Virus record (IMG/VR): IMGVR_UViG_3300013383_000017
Coordinates: 1 to 64,000 of that record
Direction: 5' to 3' (one strand)
DNA from: a virus
Taxonomy: Duplodnaviria > Caudoviricetes
DNA length: 64,000 nucleotides
Numbering within the stretch: position 1 is the first letter of the stretch; every line of letters begins with the position of its first letter. The translations under genes and the position numbers were made by a program. The notes under the pieces are model-generated. The model saw only the letters and a list, made by a program, of their open reading frames with translations. It did no database searches and was not told where the DNA came from. Of the stretch, positions 44,913 to 54,241 are shown in pieces.

Positions 44913-45000
44913 AATTATATTAAATAAGTAGTATTTTAAGTTTAATATAAAAATATTTATATAGTAAGAGTTTATATTACTCTTACTATAAAATATTTTA

Positions 45001-45552
45001 TTATAAAATAGACTTGGCTTCATCAAGAAGTTCTTCAAAGGTCTTAATAAAGTCACGAGCCATAGTGACAGATGGAAAAGATAATCCATTATAAGTAGCA
45101 GTGGTGAACTTCAAATCATCAAAGCCATTTATAATAGTATATGAGTTATTTTTACATATTATTTTGTAAGACATTACTCTCTTTTCATCTTTAACCCAGT
45201 CATTCCTTAAACAAAGTAATTGTAAGTAAGCAGACAATGCTTTATTATCTACACAATTATTTTCTGGGTATTTATCGCAAAGTTCTGTCCAAGATTTTAC
45301 TCTATCTACAGAGTTTTTATTATACCATGTGATAAATTGATTATTTTTATCTTCCCATTCTAAAGGAGAATGGTATTCATGGTCCAACTCTATTTCTTCA
45401 TTAGTAGCATCATCCCAATTAAATGCACTTCTAATGAAGTTATCATTATATTCTAGAGTAGTTATATTACCTATTCTAGAAATAAGATAGTAAAATCTGT
45501 CTTTCCATGGTTGTATATCAACCCAATGTAGTATTTGTTCCTTTGTTTTCAT
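45001..45552 (-). CDS. Hypothetical protein, paralog of 44331-44912
   Basis: Same shared motifs as 44331-44912. Confidence 0.7.
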   Translation of the reverse strand: MKTKEQILHWVDIQPWKDRFYYLISRIGNITTLEYNDNFIRSAFNWDDATNEEIELDHEYHSPLEWEDKNNQFITWYNKNSVDRVKSWTELCDKYPENNCVDNKALSAYLQLLCLRNDWVKDEKRVMSYKIICKNNSYTIINGFDDLKFTTATYNGLSFPSVTMARDFIKTFEELLDEAKSIL

Positions 45553-45553
45553 A

Positions 45554-45982
45554 CTATATATATTTAAATTCTATATCTATAGTACAACTAAAAATAAATG
45601 ATTTATTACTATTTTTATGTTTTAATTCTTTATCTGAAGAGGGCAAAAGAGTTATATTTTTATCTCTATTTTGAGATTTTTTGTAACCCTTTTTAGGTGT
45701 TAAAAATGATTGAGATTTGATAGTCATCTCTAACCCCTTAGGTAGCAATACATTAGGTTCAGTTTTCTCTCTATTCCAAGAGTAACTACCATCAGTATTT
45801 TCTTTAATAATATGCATAAATAGTAATGCTCTTTTAATAGCAACTATTTTATGAGTATTATTAATACCACATTCTTTACATTCTTTAACCCACTTAATAG
45901 TAGTTTTATTATTACCACTATTCTTCATTCTTCTATTAATCTGGGTTAGGAATAGAAGAATGTTTTTTTCATTTTCTGTCAT
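45554..45982 (-). CDS. Hypothetical basic protein
   Basis: Probable start MTEN. Confidence 0.55.
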   Translation of the reverse strand: MTENEKNILLFLTQINRRMKNSGNNKTTIKWVKECKECGINNTHKIVAIKRALLFMHIIKENTDGSYSWNREKTEPNVLLPKGLEMTIKSQSFLTPKKGYKKSQNRDKNITLLPSSDKELKHKNSNKSFIFSCTIDIEFKYI

Positions 45983-46370
45983 ATTTATTTTACTTATCTT
46001 TACTGAAAGCATAACTACTGAGAGCATTAGTTGGTGCTGTCAGTATTAATGAGTCTTCAAAAGAAAATCTTAGTACTTTTATCTTTCATTACCTTACCTT
46101 TTCTGATGAAAAAATCTCTCGGAAATAGAGAGAAAAAGAAAAAGAAAGTAACCAAAGAATAAAGAAAAAGAAGAGATTAATTATTATTATTATTTCTTTT
46201 TAAGATACAAGAGGAAGAACTATATTTATAACCCCTTTTTCCCCCTCCTATAAAGAAAGAAATATATAAAGAAAGAAAGAGGGTTCCCCCTTTTTCCCCT
46301 AATTTCTCTTTTTTTCTCTTAGAGTAGTATTATTTTCTCTACTCTAAAGTAGTATTATTGCTCTTATTAA

Positions 46371-46401
46371 TAAAGGGGCAGGATTTCTCCTGCCCCTTTA
46401 A
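46371..46401. terminator. Intrinsic terminator
   Basis: TAAAGGGGCAGGA/TCCTGCCCCTTTA perfect stem. Confidence 0.8.
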
Positions 46402-46638
46402 TTATTCTTGGAAGAGGGCATCCAGTTCCTCTGAATGCCACTCTTCCTTTCTGCAATAGCCCGTGTAGAGGACCTTATATCCTCTCTCACGGGCTACCCA
46501 CCAACTGCACTCTTTCTCAAACGAGAAGAGTGCAGCCTCTCTCACTTCGGAGAGAACCTCTTTGAAGTCCTCCCCAGATATACAGCACTCCTGCTGTATA
46601 CCATCGCGGGAAAATCCCGCTATGTAAAATTCATTCAT
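46402..46638 (-). CDS. Hypothetical protein (GC-rich)
   Basis: Flanked by hairpins at 46371 and 46658. Confidence 0.6.
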   Translation of the reverse strand: MNEFYIAGFSRDGIQQECCISGEDFKEVLSEVREAALFSFEKECSWWVARERGYKVLYTGYCRKEEWHSEELDALFQE

Positions 46639-46706
46639 ATATAATCACTTAAAATTAAAAGCAGGGATAAATATATCCCTGCTATTATAAACAAACATTG
46701 GTGAGG

Positions 46707-47069
46707 TTAAACCTCACCAATGACATCATTATCTTCTGCGACCTTGCGCAGCAGATAAAAGTTGCCCTGAGGGCTTGATATACCCTCAAAGCATAAAGTA
46801 CCTTCAGCAAAGGCACTTTCCGCACCTTTGCTGAGAATCTGCTCTGCGGCATATGCCGAGCAAAAGCCCAGCACATTGCCACAGACATCTAGGCAAACCA
46901 CCTTGCGCAGTGGCTTGCCTTCAAACAGGACGGCACTTCCGTCCTTGTCGTGATAGACTGGGTACTCTACTTCCCCAGTCTCGTTCCTCCGTGAGAAGAA
47001 CTTAAATCTCACGGAAGATGTCTTCGCAGCCTCCTTGAGGCCTTGAAGAGATAGCAATTTGCTTGCCAT
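46707..47069 (-). CDS. Hypothetical protein (GC-rich; start MASK)
   Basis: AT-rich initiation region before the ATG at 47069. Confidence 0.6.
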   Translation of the reverse strand: MASKLLSLQGLKEAAKTSSVRFKFFSRRNETGEVEYPVYHDKDGSAVLFEGKPLRKVVCLDVCGNVLGFCSAYAAEQILSKGAESAFAEGTLCFEGISSPQGNFYLLRKVAEDNDVIGEV

Positions 47070-47221
47070 GGTACAATAAATTAAATTATCCACAGGGGAG
47101 GGTTCGGATAGTGAATATTCCACTTCCACAAATAAAACAAAAATAAAAAAAAAAATAAAAAAAAATTAAAAATTTTAAAATTAAGATTAGATTAAGTACC
47201 TTTTAATATTTCATTAATACT

Positions 47222-47253
47222 ATTGCATATGTCATTTTTTTTACTTATATTTG
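47222..47253 (+). promoter_or_regulatory. Host-type promoter
   Basis: TTGCATATGTCATTTTTTTTACTTATATTTG; near-identical copy at ~51202-51234. Confidence 0.75.
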
Positions 47254-47259
47254 CCCTGT

Positions 47260-47553
47260 AAGTTTGAGTTACACAGACTTTATCCCCCTAGGACCAATCC
47301 GCAAGATGAATGGCTAGGGGCTTACAGGGGCGGTCGTTTAATTAATAGACATAGTGAGGACCCCTGACACAAACCGACTATATAAGTATAAGCAATAGTG
47401 ACCCACAGTGTAACTGTGAAAGTCTGAGAGGGAAATGGGTCCATTGGGGCAGAAGCTGAAAAGTTTAAACCGCCTATTGTGAAAGCTAATAGTTAGTCCA
47501 GCAGGTGACTGTATGGTGAGCTAGGTAAAACTGGCTAGGGGATTACTGTATCT
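47260..47553 (+). ncRNA. ~290-nt structured non-coding RNA candidate
   Basis: GC-rich, ORF-free; closing stem ATCCCCCTAG/CTAGGGGAT and internal stems GGCGGT/ACCGCC, GACCCA/TGGGTC, CACAGT/ACTGTG. Confidence 0.55.
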
Positions 47554-47568
47554 AAAAATTAATGAAAT

Positions 47569-48012
47569 ATGAAATATTTTGAATTAGAAGAATTTATAAA
47601 AAGTGATACTGCTAAAAAATACAGTATAGATAATACACCAAGTAAACTAGTTGAGGGGCATATTGTGCAATTAGTTGAAGGGTTGTTAGATCCTATGAGA
47701 GATGCTTGGGCTGATTTTTGTAGAAGAAAGGGTTATATAAGATGTGGTATTAAAGTAACTAGTGGTTATAGATGTCCTACTTTAAATAGTAAGGTGGGGG
47801 GTAAAAGTAATAGTGCTCATTTAACAGGATATGCTGCAGACTTAGTACCTTTGAATGGGGAAACTGAAGTATTTATTTGGTATATACAAAAGTGGTTAAA
47901 AAACAATAATATTATGTTTGATCAGTGTATAGATGAACATAATAAGTGGTTACATATTGCTCTAAAAAATAATAAAGAAGAGCAAAGAAGACAGATTTTT
48001 AAAATTAGATAA
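47569..48012 (+). CDS. Endolysin, peptidase M15A family
   Basis: TSGYRCPTLN..VGG...SAH..GYAAD and WLHI motifs. Confidence 0.9.
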   Translation: MKYFELEEFIKSDTAKKYSIDNTPSKLVEGHIVQLVEGLLDPMRDAWADFCRRKGYIRCGIKVTSGYRCPTLNSKVGGKSNSAHLTGYAADLVPLNGETEVFIWYIQKWLKNNNIMFDQCIDEHNKWLHIALKNNKEEQRRQIFKIR

Positions 48013-48013
48013 T

Positions 48014-48907
48014 ATGACTATTAATGAGATAGCAACAAGGTTAGAAAGGGATAAATGTTTAAGAAAACAAGGTAGAAGTACTGTGGCTAAAAGGTTACAT
48101 TGTTCTGTAGAAGAGGTAGACAAAGCTAGAAAAATATTAAAAAATAACAATAGACCCAAAATACTAATATTTGATATAGAAACTGCTCCTATGAGGGCTT
48201 ATGTTTGGGGAAGATGGAATCAAAATGTATCATTAAGTGAAACTATTTCAGAGTGGTTTATGTTGTGCTGGAGTGCTAAGTGGTTAGGAAGGGATGATGT
48301 CATTAGTGAGAAACTAACAGCTGAGGAAGCTTTAAGAGAAGATGATTGTAGAATTACAATGTCTTTATGGGAACTAATTAATGAAGCTGATATTGTTGTT
48401 GCCTATAATGGTAAAAAAGCTGATATAAAATGGATGAATACTAGATTTATAGTACATAGCATACCACCTCCTTCTTCCTATATAGTTATTGACCCTTGTG
48501 AAGTAGCAAGAAAAGTATTTGGTTTTTCTTCAAATAAACTAGATGCTTTAGCTGGCTATTTTAATATAGAGCATAAAATGGAAACCAACTTTGAATTATG
48601 GGATAAAGCACTAAGAGGAAGTCAAGAAGCTTTGGATTATATGTCTTTATATTGTGGAAAAGATGTTGAAATATTGGAGAAAGTATATTTAAAATTAAGA
48701 CCTTGGGATAAGAAACATTTTAATTATTCTTCTTTTATTAATGAGGACTGCTGCCCTATTTGTGGTGGTACAATTGAAAAAATAGAAAAGAAATATATTA
48801 CTTCTTCTAGTATATTCTCCCTTTATAGATGTAAATCTTGTGGTGCTATATCTAGGGGTAATAAAGGTTCTAAAAGTAATAGTAGTATTAAAATTTGTAG
48901 TCATTAA
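48014..48907 (+). CDS. DEDD / RNase H-like 3'-5' exonuclease with C-terminal zinc ribbon
   Basis: ILIFDIET, AYNG..AD, YC..DV, CPICG...RCKSCG motifs. Confidence 0.85.
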   Translation: MTINEIATRLERDKCLRKQGRSTVAKRLHCSVEEVDKARKILKNNNRPKILIFDIETAPMRAYVWGRWNQNVSLSETISEWFMLCWSAKWLGRDDVISEKLTAEEALREDDCRITMSLWELINEADIVVAYNGKKADIKWMNTRFIVHSIPPPSSYIVIDPCEVARKVFGFSSNKLDALAGYFNIEHKMETNFELWDKALRGSQEALDYMSLYCGKDVEILEKVYLKLRPWDKKHFNYSSFINEDCCPICGGTIEKIEKKYITSSSIFSLYRCKSCGAISRGNKGSKSNSSIKICSH

Positions 48908-48919
48908 TAATAGTGTAAT

Positions 48920-51187
48920 ATGGGAAAGAAAGTAAATAATAATTCAATGTGGGGAAATCTAACATTAGAACAAAAAAAGGAATTGTTTAATATTTACACT
49001 AAAAACGGTTTTAGTGATATAGATAATATAATTAGTGACTTTAATAAAAACCATAAAATTAATGAAAAGTTCAAAGAGCTACTCCCTACTATTACAAATA
49101 AAGATACTATAATAACATCAATTCCTTACAGAAAGGGGGGACCATTAAATAAAAATAAGGAAGCTAAAGAAGTAGCAGAAGGTAAATCTTATGATAATTA
49201 TTCTTGGGATGATTTTTTAAAAGACCTTAATTTAGATGTAAGAAAAGAAACTTGGAAGGAACAAAATTTTGATGGTTATAGTGATGAGGATTTAAGATAT
49301 CTATATGATAAATTAGGAGATGCTGGTTGGGATCCTGCTGTTGTTTCATATGCTATAAGGTCAGAATCTGGTTATAATCCCTATGTTCAAAATGAGAATG
49401 GTTCTTCAGCAATTGGGTTGGGGCAATTTACTAAAGGTACAATATATGATTTCTTAGGTAAAGATGTTGATACTATATATCAGTCTTATCTAGATAAAAG
49501 CAGGGATGTTAAAACTATTATAGATGAAACTATTAATTACTATAAGTATCTTCATGATAGGCTAAAAACAGAACCTGATAATATGGGTTATGGTAGATTG
49601 AAAGTTAATTTATTTGCTAAAAATGCATCACTTGATGCTACTTTACCAGATAATACATATGAAAAATCTCTAACTCAAGAGCAAAAAAAATATATAAAAA
49701 AGGGTACTGATACATATAGAACTTTAGCTAAGTATTATGATGATGAATATAATAAGTATCGTGGTGTCCCTACTAATAAAAAGGAAGATGGGGGTACTAT
49801 AGATACTACAGATTATAATAAGCTTTCTGCAATTTCAAAAGCTTATAATTTTGTTTTACAAGAAGAAAATAATAAGTTTAATATTTTTGGGAGTGGTTAT
49901 AATCCTATAAATAAAAAGTGGTATCCACATAAAAGTTTTGAAGGTGGGACACCAACTGTGGGGTATGGTACTAAATTAGGTACTGGAAGTAAATGGGCTA
50001 AAATAGCAGAGCTACAAGGTTTTCTTACAAATGAACAAGCAGAAAAAGCTGCTTATGACCAAGTTGTAGAGCATTATAATAATGCTAGGGATAGTGTAAA
50101 TAAAGCTTATGGTGATGGTACCTTTGATGCCCTAGATCCAACAATTCAGTTCTTATTGTCAGACTTTGATTATACAGGTACTGGAATAGAAAAATTCCCT
50201 AAATTCTTTAATGCCGCTGTTAAGGGAGATGTTAAAAAGATGTTAGAGCAGTATAAAAGATACTCAAAAGGAAAACCATTAGGAAGAAACAAAGAAGTAG
50301 AAAAGATACTATTACAATTTAAGGAGAGGGCAGAAAGAAAAAAAAGGGTAGAAAATATGGAATCTCCAATTTCTGATTTCTCTGTTAAATTAAATTATAA
50401 AGATAATAATCCAGATGCTCCTGTATTTAGAAGAGGGGGTCATTTGAAACCACTTACTAATAATTATAAGTTAAATGGTAGCAATGCTAATTATATAACA
50501 AATAATTACAGTGTTGCTAATAATAAAGTTACTTCTGATAATAAATTATCTTATACAGAAAATTATGAATTCCCACTTTCTGATTATAGTACTTCTGTAG
50601 GCTATGATGACTTTTTTACCTATTTTTCTGATTATCTTGCTTCTAATGTAGAGAACAGTAAAAATAGTGAAAGAGGTGGCTGGCATTCTGGGACTAAAAC
50701 TTGGACACCACATCCTTCCCCAGAAGGAGGAGAGCCTACTATAGGCTTTGGTTTAAAGATGTATGATGGTACACCCCAACAAATTTTATATAAAAAGCAA
50801 GGCTTTTTAACGGAAAAACAAGAAGAAACAATAAGAAAGGAAATCACATTTGCAAAATATAAAGATGCAAGAAATGCATTTAATAATATAAATAATGATG
50901 CAGATGCCTTTGATAAACTAAGTGATGAAGCTAAAGTGTTTGTAACAGACTATCAATATCAAACTAATAGTGGTGTACAGGGTTTTCCAAAACTTATGAG
51001 TGCTTTATATAGAGGTGATTATGATACTGCCTTTAATGAATATCATGTTTTTTATAAAAAAGATACTGGAGAAAAAGATAAAGATGGTAATATTATATAT
51101 GAAACACTCCCAGACTATCATAGAGATAAAATACATAGATACTTTTTAGAAAGATTTAAAAATGGCTCTTATAAATTTTTTAAATAA
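48920..51187 (+). CDS. Multi-domain muralytic virion protein (one transglycosylase-like and two lysozyme-like domains)
   Basis: RSESGYNP...SAIGLGQF; two H.S.EGG.PT.G.G domains with FPK motifs. Confidence 0.7.
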   Translation: MGKKVNNNSMWGNLTLEQKKELFNIYTKNGFSDIDNIISDFNKNHKINEKFKELLPTITNKDTIITSIPYRKGGPLNKNKEAKEVAEGKSYDNYSWDDFLKDLNLDVRKETWKEQNFDGYSDEDLRYLYDKLGDAGWDPAVVSYAIRSESGYNPYVQNENGSSAIGLGQFTKGTIYDFLGKDVDTIYQSYLDKSRDVKTIIDETINYYKYLHDRLKTEPDNMGYGRLKVNLFAKNASLDATLPDNTYEKSLTQEQKKYIKKGTDTYRTLAKYYDDEYNKYRGVPTNKKEDGGTIDTTDYNKLSAISKAYNFVLQEENNKFNIFGSGYNPINKKWYPHKSFEGGTPTVGYGTKLGTGSKWAKIAELQGFLTNEQAEKAAYDQVVEHYNNARDSVNKAYGDGTFDALDPTIQFLLSDFDYTGTGIEKFPKFFNAAVKGDVKKMLEQYKRYSKGKPLGRNKEVEKILLQFKERAERKKRVENMESPISDFSVKLNYKDNNPDAPVFRRGGHLKPLTNNYKLNGSNANYITNNYSVANNKVTSDNKLSYTENYEFPLSDYSTSVGYDDFFTYFSDYLASNVENSKNSERGGWHSGTKTWTPHPSPEGGEPTIGFGLKMYDGTPQQILYKKQGFLTEKQEETIRKEITFAKYKDARNAFNNINNDADAFDKLSDEAKVFVTDYQYQTNSGVQGFPKLMSALYRGDYDTAFNEYHVFYKKDTGEKDKDGNIIYETLPDYHRDKIHRYFLERFKNGSYKFFK

Positions 51188-51257
51188 TTTTTATAAAAAA
51201 TATTTGGAAATGTCATTTTTTTTACTTATCTTTGCATTAACTTAATAATTAAGGTAT

Positions 51258-51491
51258 ATGAAAAATAAAAAAATGTTAATAATAATTATTGCTGTTATAG
51301 CACTAGTAACTACACTTGGTATGATAAAAGTAATGCCATTTTATACTTCTTTAGTAGGACTTGCTACTTTTATAATTGGACTTATTTGTGGTTATCATTT
51401 AAGCAAGACAATAAAAGAAAAGGAAGTTATTATTGGTGCACCTTCAGAAATTAGGAAGGTTAAAAGAGCAAAGAAAGTAGCTAGTAAATAA
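51258..51491 (+). CDS. Small 2-TM membrane protein
   Basis: Hydrophobic N-terminal half and basic tail. Confidence 0.6.
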   Translation: MKNKKMLIIIIAVIALVTTLGMIKVMPFYTSLVGLATFIIGLICGYHLSKTIKEKEVIIGAPSEIRKVKRAKKVASK

Positions 51492-51492
51492 T

Positions 51493-52056
51493 ATGGATAA
51501 GAAGATTATAGTAGAACTTTTAGAAAAGGATTTCTATAATACAGAAACATATAATTATAAAAGATGTAATGGGAAAAATGGGGTGGATGCTCAGTTTAAT
51601 ATAAATAGTCATCATACTGTAGATGAAAAGTTTACTACTGTTAGTGTTAAGCATCCTTACCCCTCCCAATATCAATATATAGAGTTATATTATAGAAAAA
51701 AAGATAAAGAAAAAAATGGCTGGTTATTATCCCCAGATAATAATAACTCTTCGTATATATTTGTATGGGTTGATAAAATGAATGGTACGAATAGTTTGGA
51801 TAATATTAAAAAAGCTGAGTATCTTCTAATTACTAGGGAGAAATTAATAGAATGTATATTAACAAGTGGGTTATCAGAAAAAATATTACTCTCTTTAGTT
51901 AATATATGGAAAGAAAGTGATAGGGGAGGTCTTATTAAGTTTGATGGTATTTCATTTATATGCTCTCATAGGGGTAATAAATGTTCTATTGGATTATTAG
52001 TAGATAGATATAATTTAAAGAGATTTTCTTGTTTTCATAAATATTATATAAAATAA
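51493..52056 (+). CDS. Possible PD-(D/E)xK nuclease-fold protein
   Basis: GVD...VDEK...IE...GW pattern. Confidence 0.5.
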   Translation: MDKKIIVELLEKDFYNTETYNYKRCNGKNGVDAQFNINSHHTVDEKFTTVSVKHPYPSQYQYIELYYRKKDKEKNGWLLSPDNNNSSYIFVWVDKMNGTNSLDNIKKAEYLLITREKLIECILTSGLSEKILLSLVNIWKESDRGGLIKFDGISFICSHRGNKCSIGLLVDRYNLKRFSCFHKYYIK

Positions 52057-52132
52057 ATTGTTTCACCCTAGAGCATTGGGCTATATAAGGTTCGATTCCT
52101 TACTAGGGACTAATAATAAAAATAAATTATAA

Positions 52133-52321
52133 ATGAGAGAAGATTATAATAATATACCGGTTTACTATTGTAAACATTGTATGTCTTTGGGGGTAAAAGA
52201 AATGATTGGTACTGAAGGCTATTGTATAAACTGTGGTTCTACAGACATAGAGTATGTTGATTTTGATGAATATAAAAGTTTATACAAAATAAGATTTGGA
52301 AAAGAATTAACTAATAAATAA
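52133..52321 (+). CDS. Small zinc-finger protein (crAss-type)
   Basis: YN..PV.YCKHC.SL...YC..CGSTDI. Confidence 0.7.
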   Translation: MREDYNNIPVYYCKHCMSLGVKEMIGTEGYCINCGSTDIEYVDFDEYKSLYKIRFGKELTNK

Positions 52322-52329
52322 TTATAATT

Positions 52330-52602
52330 ATGGAAGAAAGAGTAGATATTCCAGAACTGGAGCAATTAAACAATCTCGATGTTAATTTCTCTAAAGAAGA
52401 TTTTGAGAAATTGGAAGCACAAAATAAAGAACTAATGAATCTTATAAAGTCCCTTGATGCAGAGAGATATTTTAAGAGAATGGACTACTTATTTGAAGTA
52501 GTTAAAAATGCTAAAGAATTTGATGTTCCCTTTATAGAAAGGGTTGTAGCAGAAATAGAAATGGCTTTATATCAAGAGCCAACAACTAAAAAAGAAGAAT
52601 AA
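52330..52602 (+). CDS. crAss-like hypothetical protein
   Basis: FKRMDYLF.VV motif. Confidence 0.65.
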   Translation: MEERVDIPELEQLNNLDVNFSKEDFEKLEAQNKELMNLIKSLDAERYFKRMDYLFEVVKNAKEFDVPFIERVVAEIEMALYQEPTTKKEE

Positions 52603-52605
52603 TAC

Positions 52606-53043
52606 ATGGTTAGAATAGATAAAGCAATACAAGTTCCCTGTAAGCTTTCTAGTAACTTCTTTCATGTTTGGCTAACTTTTTTTGCTCCTATACATAAAAT
52701 AACACCGGGTGTTATGAGAATAGCAGCAGAATTATTAAAATATCATTATATTTTAAGTAAGAATATATTAGATAATAAGATACTAAATAACTATCTATTT
52801 ACAAGCGAAGACATTAGAAATAAAATAGTAGAAACTTGTGGTATATCTTTATCTAACTATCATGTAAGCATTAATAAATTAAAGCAGAATAATTTTATAA
52901 CAGAAGAGGGTATTAATCCTAAATATATTCCTCCTATAAGGGAAGAAGATAATAAAATAAATGTTCTGTTTATGTTTGAGATACTAGATTTAAAAGATAG
53001 TGAAAGAAATTTACAAGAAAGTAGCACAGAAACTAAATCTTAG
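52606..53043 (+). CDS. crAss-like putative DNA-binding protein
   Basis: Winged-HTH-like C-terminal half, INPKYIP. Confidence 0.6.
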   Translation: MVRIDKAIQVPCKLSSNFFHVWLTFFAPIHKITPGVMRIAAELLKYHYILSKNILDNKILNNYLFTSEDIRNKIVETCGISLSNYHVSINKLKQNNFITEEGINPKYIPPIREEDNKINVLFMFEILDLKDSERNLQESSTETKS

Positions 53044-53272
53044 TGAAAAAGATGTAAAAGATGCTTATGTGTCTTTTTGGGGAATTATAAAAGAAAAAAT
53101 AGAGAGTCTTCCTTTTGATGAAGATTTGTCAGAGGAAGACTTTGATAAATTAGTTACTAGTTTTAATATACCATCTTTAGGTAAGTTATTTTGTACTTAT
53201 GATAAGTATATTAAACATAAGAATCATTTAAAATATTTAAGTAATATATATGCTAAAAATAAAGAAAGTTAA
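53000..53272 (+). CDS. HU/IHF-like protein
   Basis: VAQKLNLS..DV...FNIPSLGKL. Confidence 0.6.
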   Translation: MKEIYKKVAQKLNLSEKDVKDAYVSFWGIIKEKIESLPFDEDLSEEDFDKLVTSFNIPSLGKLFCTYDKYIKHKNHLKYLSNIYAKNKES

Positions 53273-53654
53273 ACCACTGCTTAATCATATTATTACAACT
53301 GCTAATATTTATAGTAATAAAATTGATGAGTTGTCTACAGAGGGTCAAGAAAGTGGTGAATTTAAAGAATATCAGACAGTTGTTGCTGTAGGTCCCAATG
53401 TTAGTAATGTTAAAGTAGGTGATGTTGTAGTTATTAGTGGACAGGCTTATGCTAGACCAGTACATAAACAAAAAGAGGATAGTGTAACAGGATTGATGAA
53501 TAGTGACTCTGTACAATATATGGTCCAATTTCCTATTTTATATATTAATGATGTACCTCATTTGTTCCTTTATGACAGAGATGTTGAATTTGTTCTAGAA
53601 GATTATGAAGAAACAGATGATACTATTACAGAAGAAAAAGTAGAAATAATTTAA
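53250..53654 (+). CDS. GroES-like protein
   Basis: KPLLNHII, VVAVGP.V..VKVGD.V, L..RDV motifs. Confidence 0.65.
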   Translation: MLKIKKVKPLLNHIITTANIYSNKIDELSTEGQESGEFKEYQTVVAVGPNVSNVKVGDVVVISGQAYARPVHKQKEDSVTGLMNSDSVQYMVQFPILYINDVPHLFLYDRDVEFVLEDYEETDDTITEEKVEII

Positions 53655-53692
53655 ATATAGCCCTCTTTATTAAGAGGGTTTTCTTGTTTATT

Positions 53693-54241
53693 ATGAAGTT
53701 ATTAAAATATGAGAATTACCAAGTATTACCTACAGAAGAAGCTTTTTTAGTCAAAGGTATAAAGGAACTATATAAAGCTGATAAGACAAAAAATAAAGAT
53801 AATTTTATGCAGCAACTTAGTTATATCTATTTTATGGCAGACCCAAGAAGTCCTTATAATGAATATCCAGAAGAAGAGAAGTTTAACTACCTAATTCAGT
53901 ATGAGGGTTTTCCTAAAAATTTTAAAGTAACAAAGAATTTAGAAGATGCTATTATAGATTATAAAAGATTAACTACTACAGCATCTATGAAATTATTAGA
54001 CTCTATGAGAATAGCAATATCAAAGATTAGTTACTTTCTTGAGAATGTGGATTTATTTGAAACAGATGATAAAGGAAGACCTAAGTATAGTGCTGATAGA
54101 ATAGCTGCAATGACTGATAAAGTTCCTAATTTAGCGAAGAAACTAATTGAAACTGAGAAGATTGTAGATTCTGAAATATTAGAGGTAGGTAGAGCCAGAG
54201 GAGGTAATGAAAATAAAAAATTATTTGAAGATGGAGTATAA
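53693..54241 (+). CDS. Conserved crAss-like packaging-region protein (terS candidate)
   Basis: YIYFMADPRS.Y, D.KGRP.Y and RARG motifs; upstream of terL. Confidence 0.6.
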   Translation: MKLLKYENYQVLPTEEAFLVKGIKELYKADKTKNKDNFMQQLSYIYFMADPRSPYNEYPEEEKFNYLIQYEGFPKNFKVTKNLEDAIIDYKRLTTTASMKLLDSMRIAISKISYFLENVDLFETDDKGRPKYSADRIAAMTDKVPNLAKKLIETEKIVDSEILEVGRARGGNENKKLFEDGV

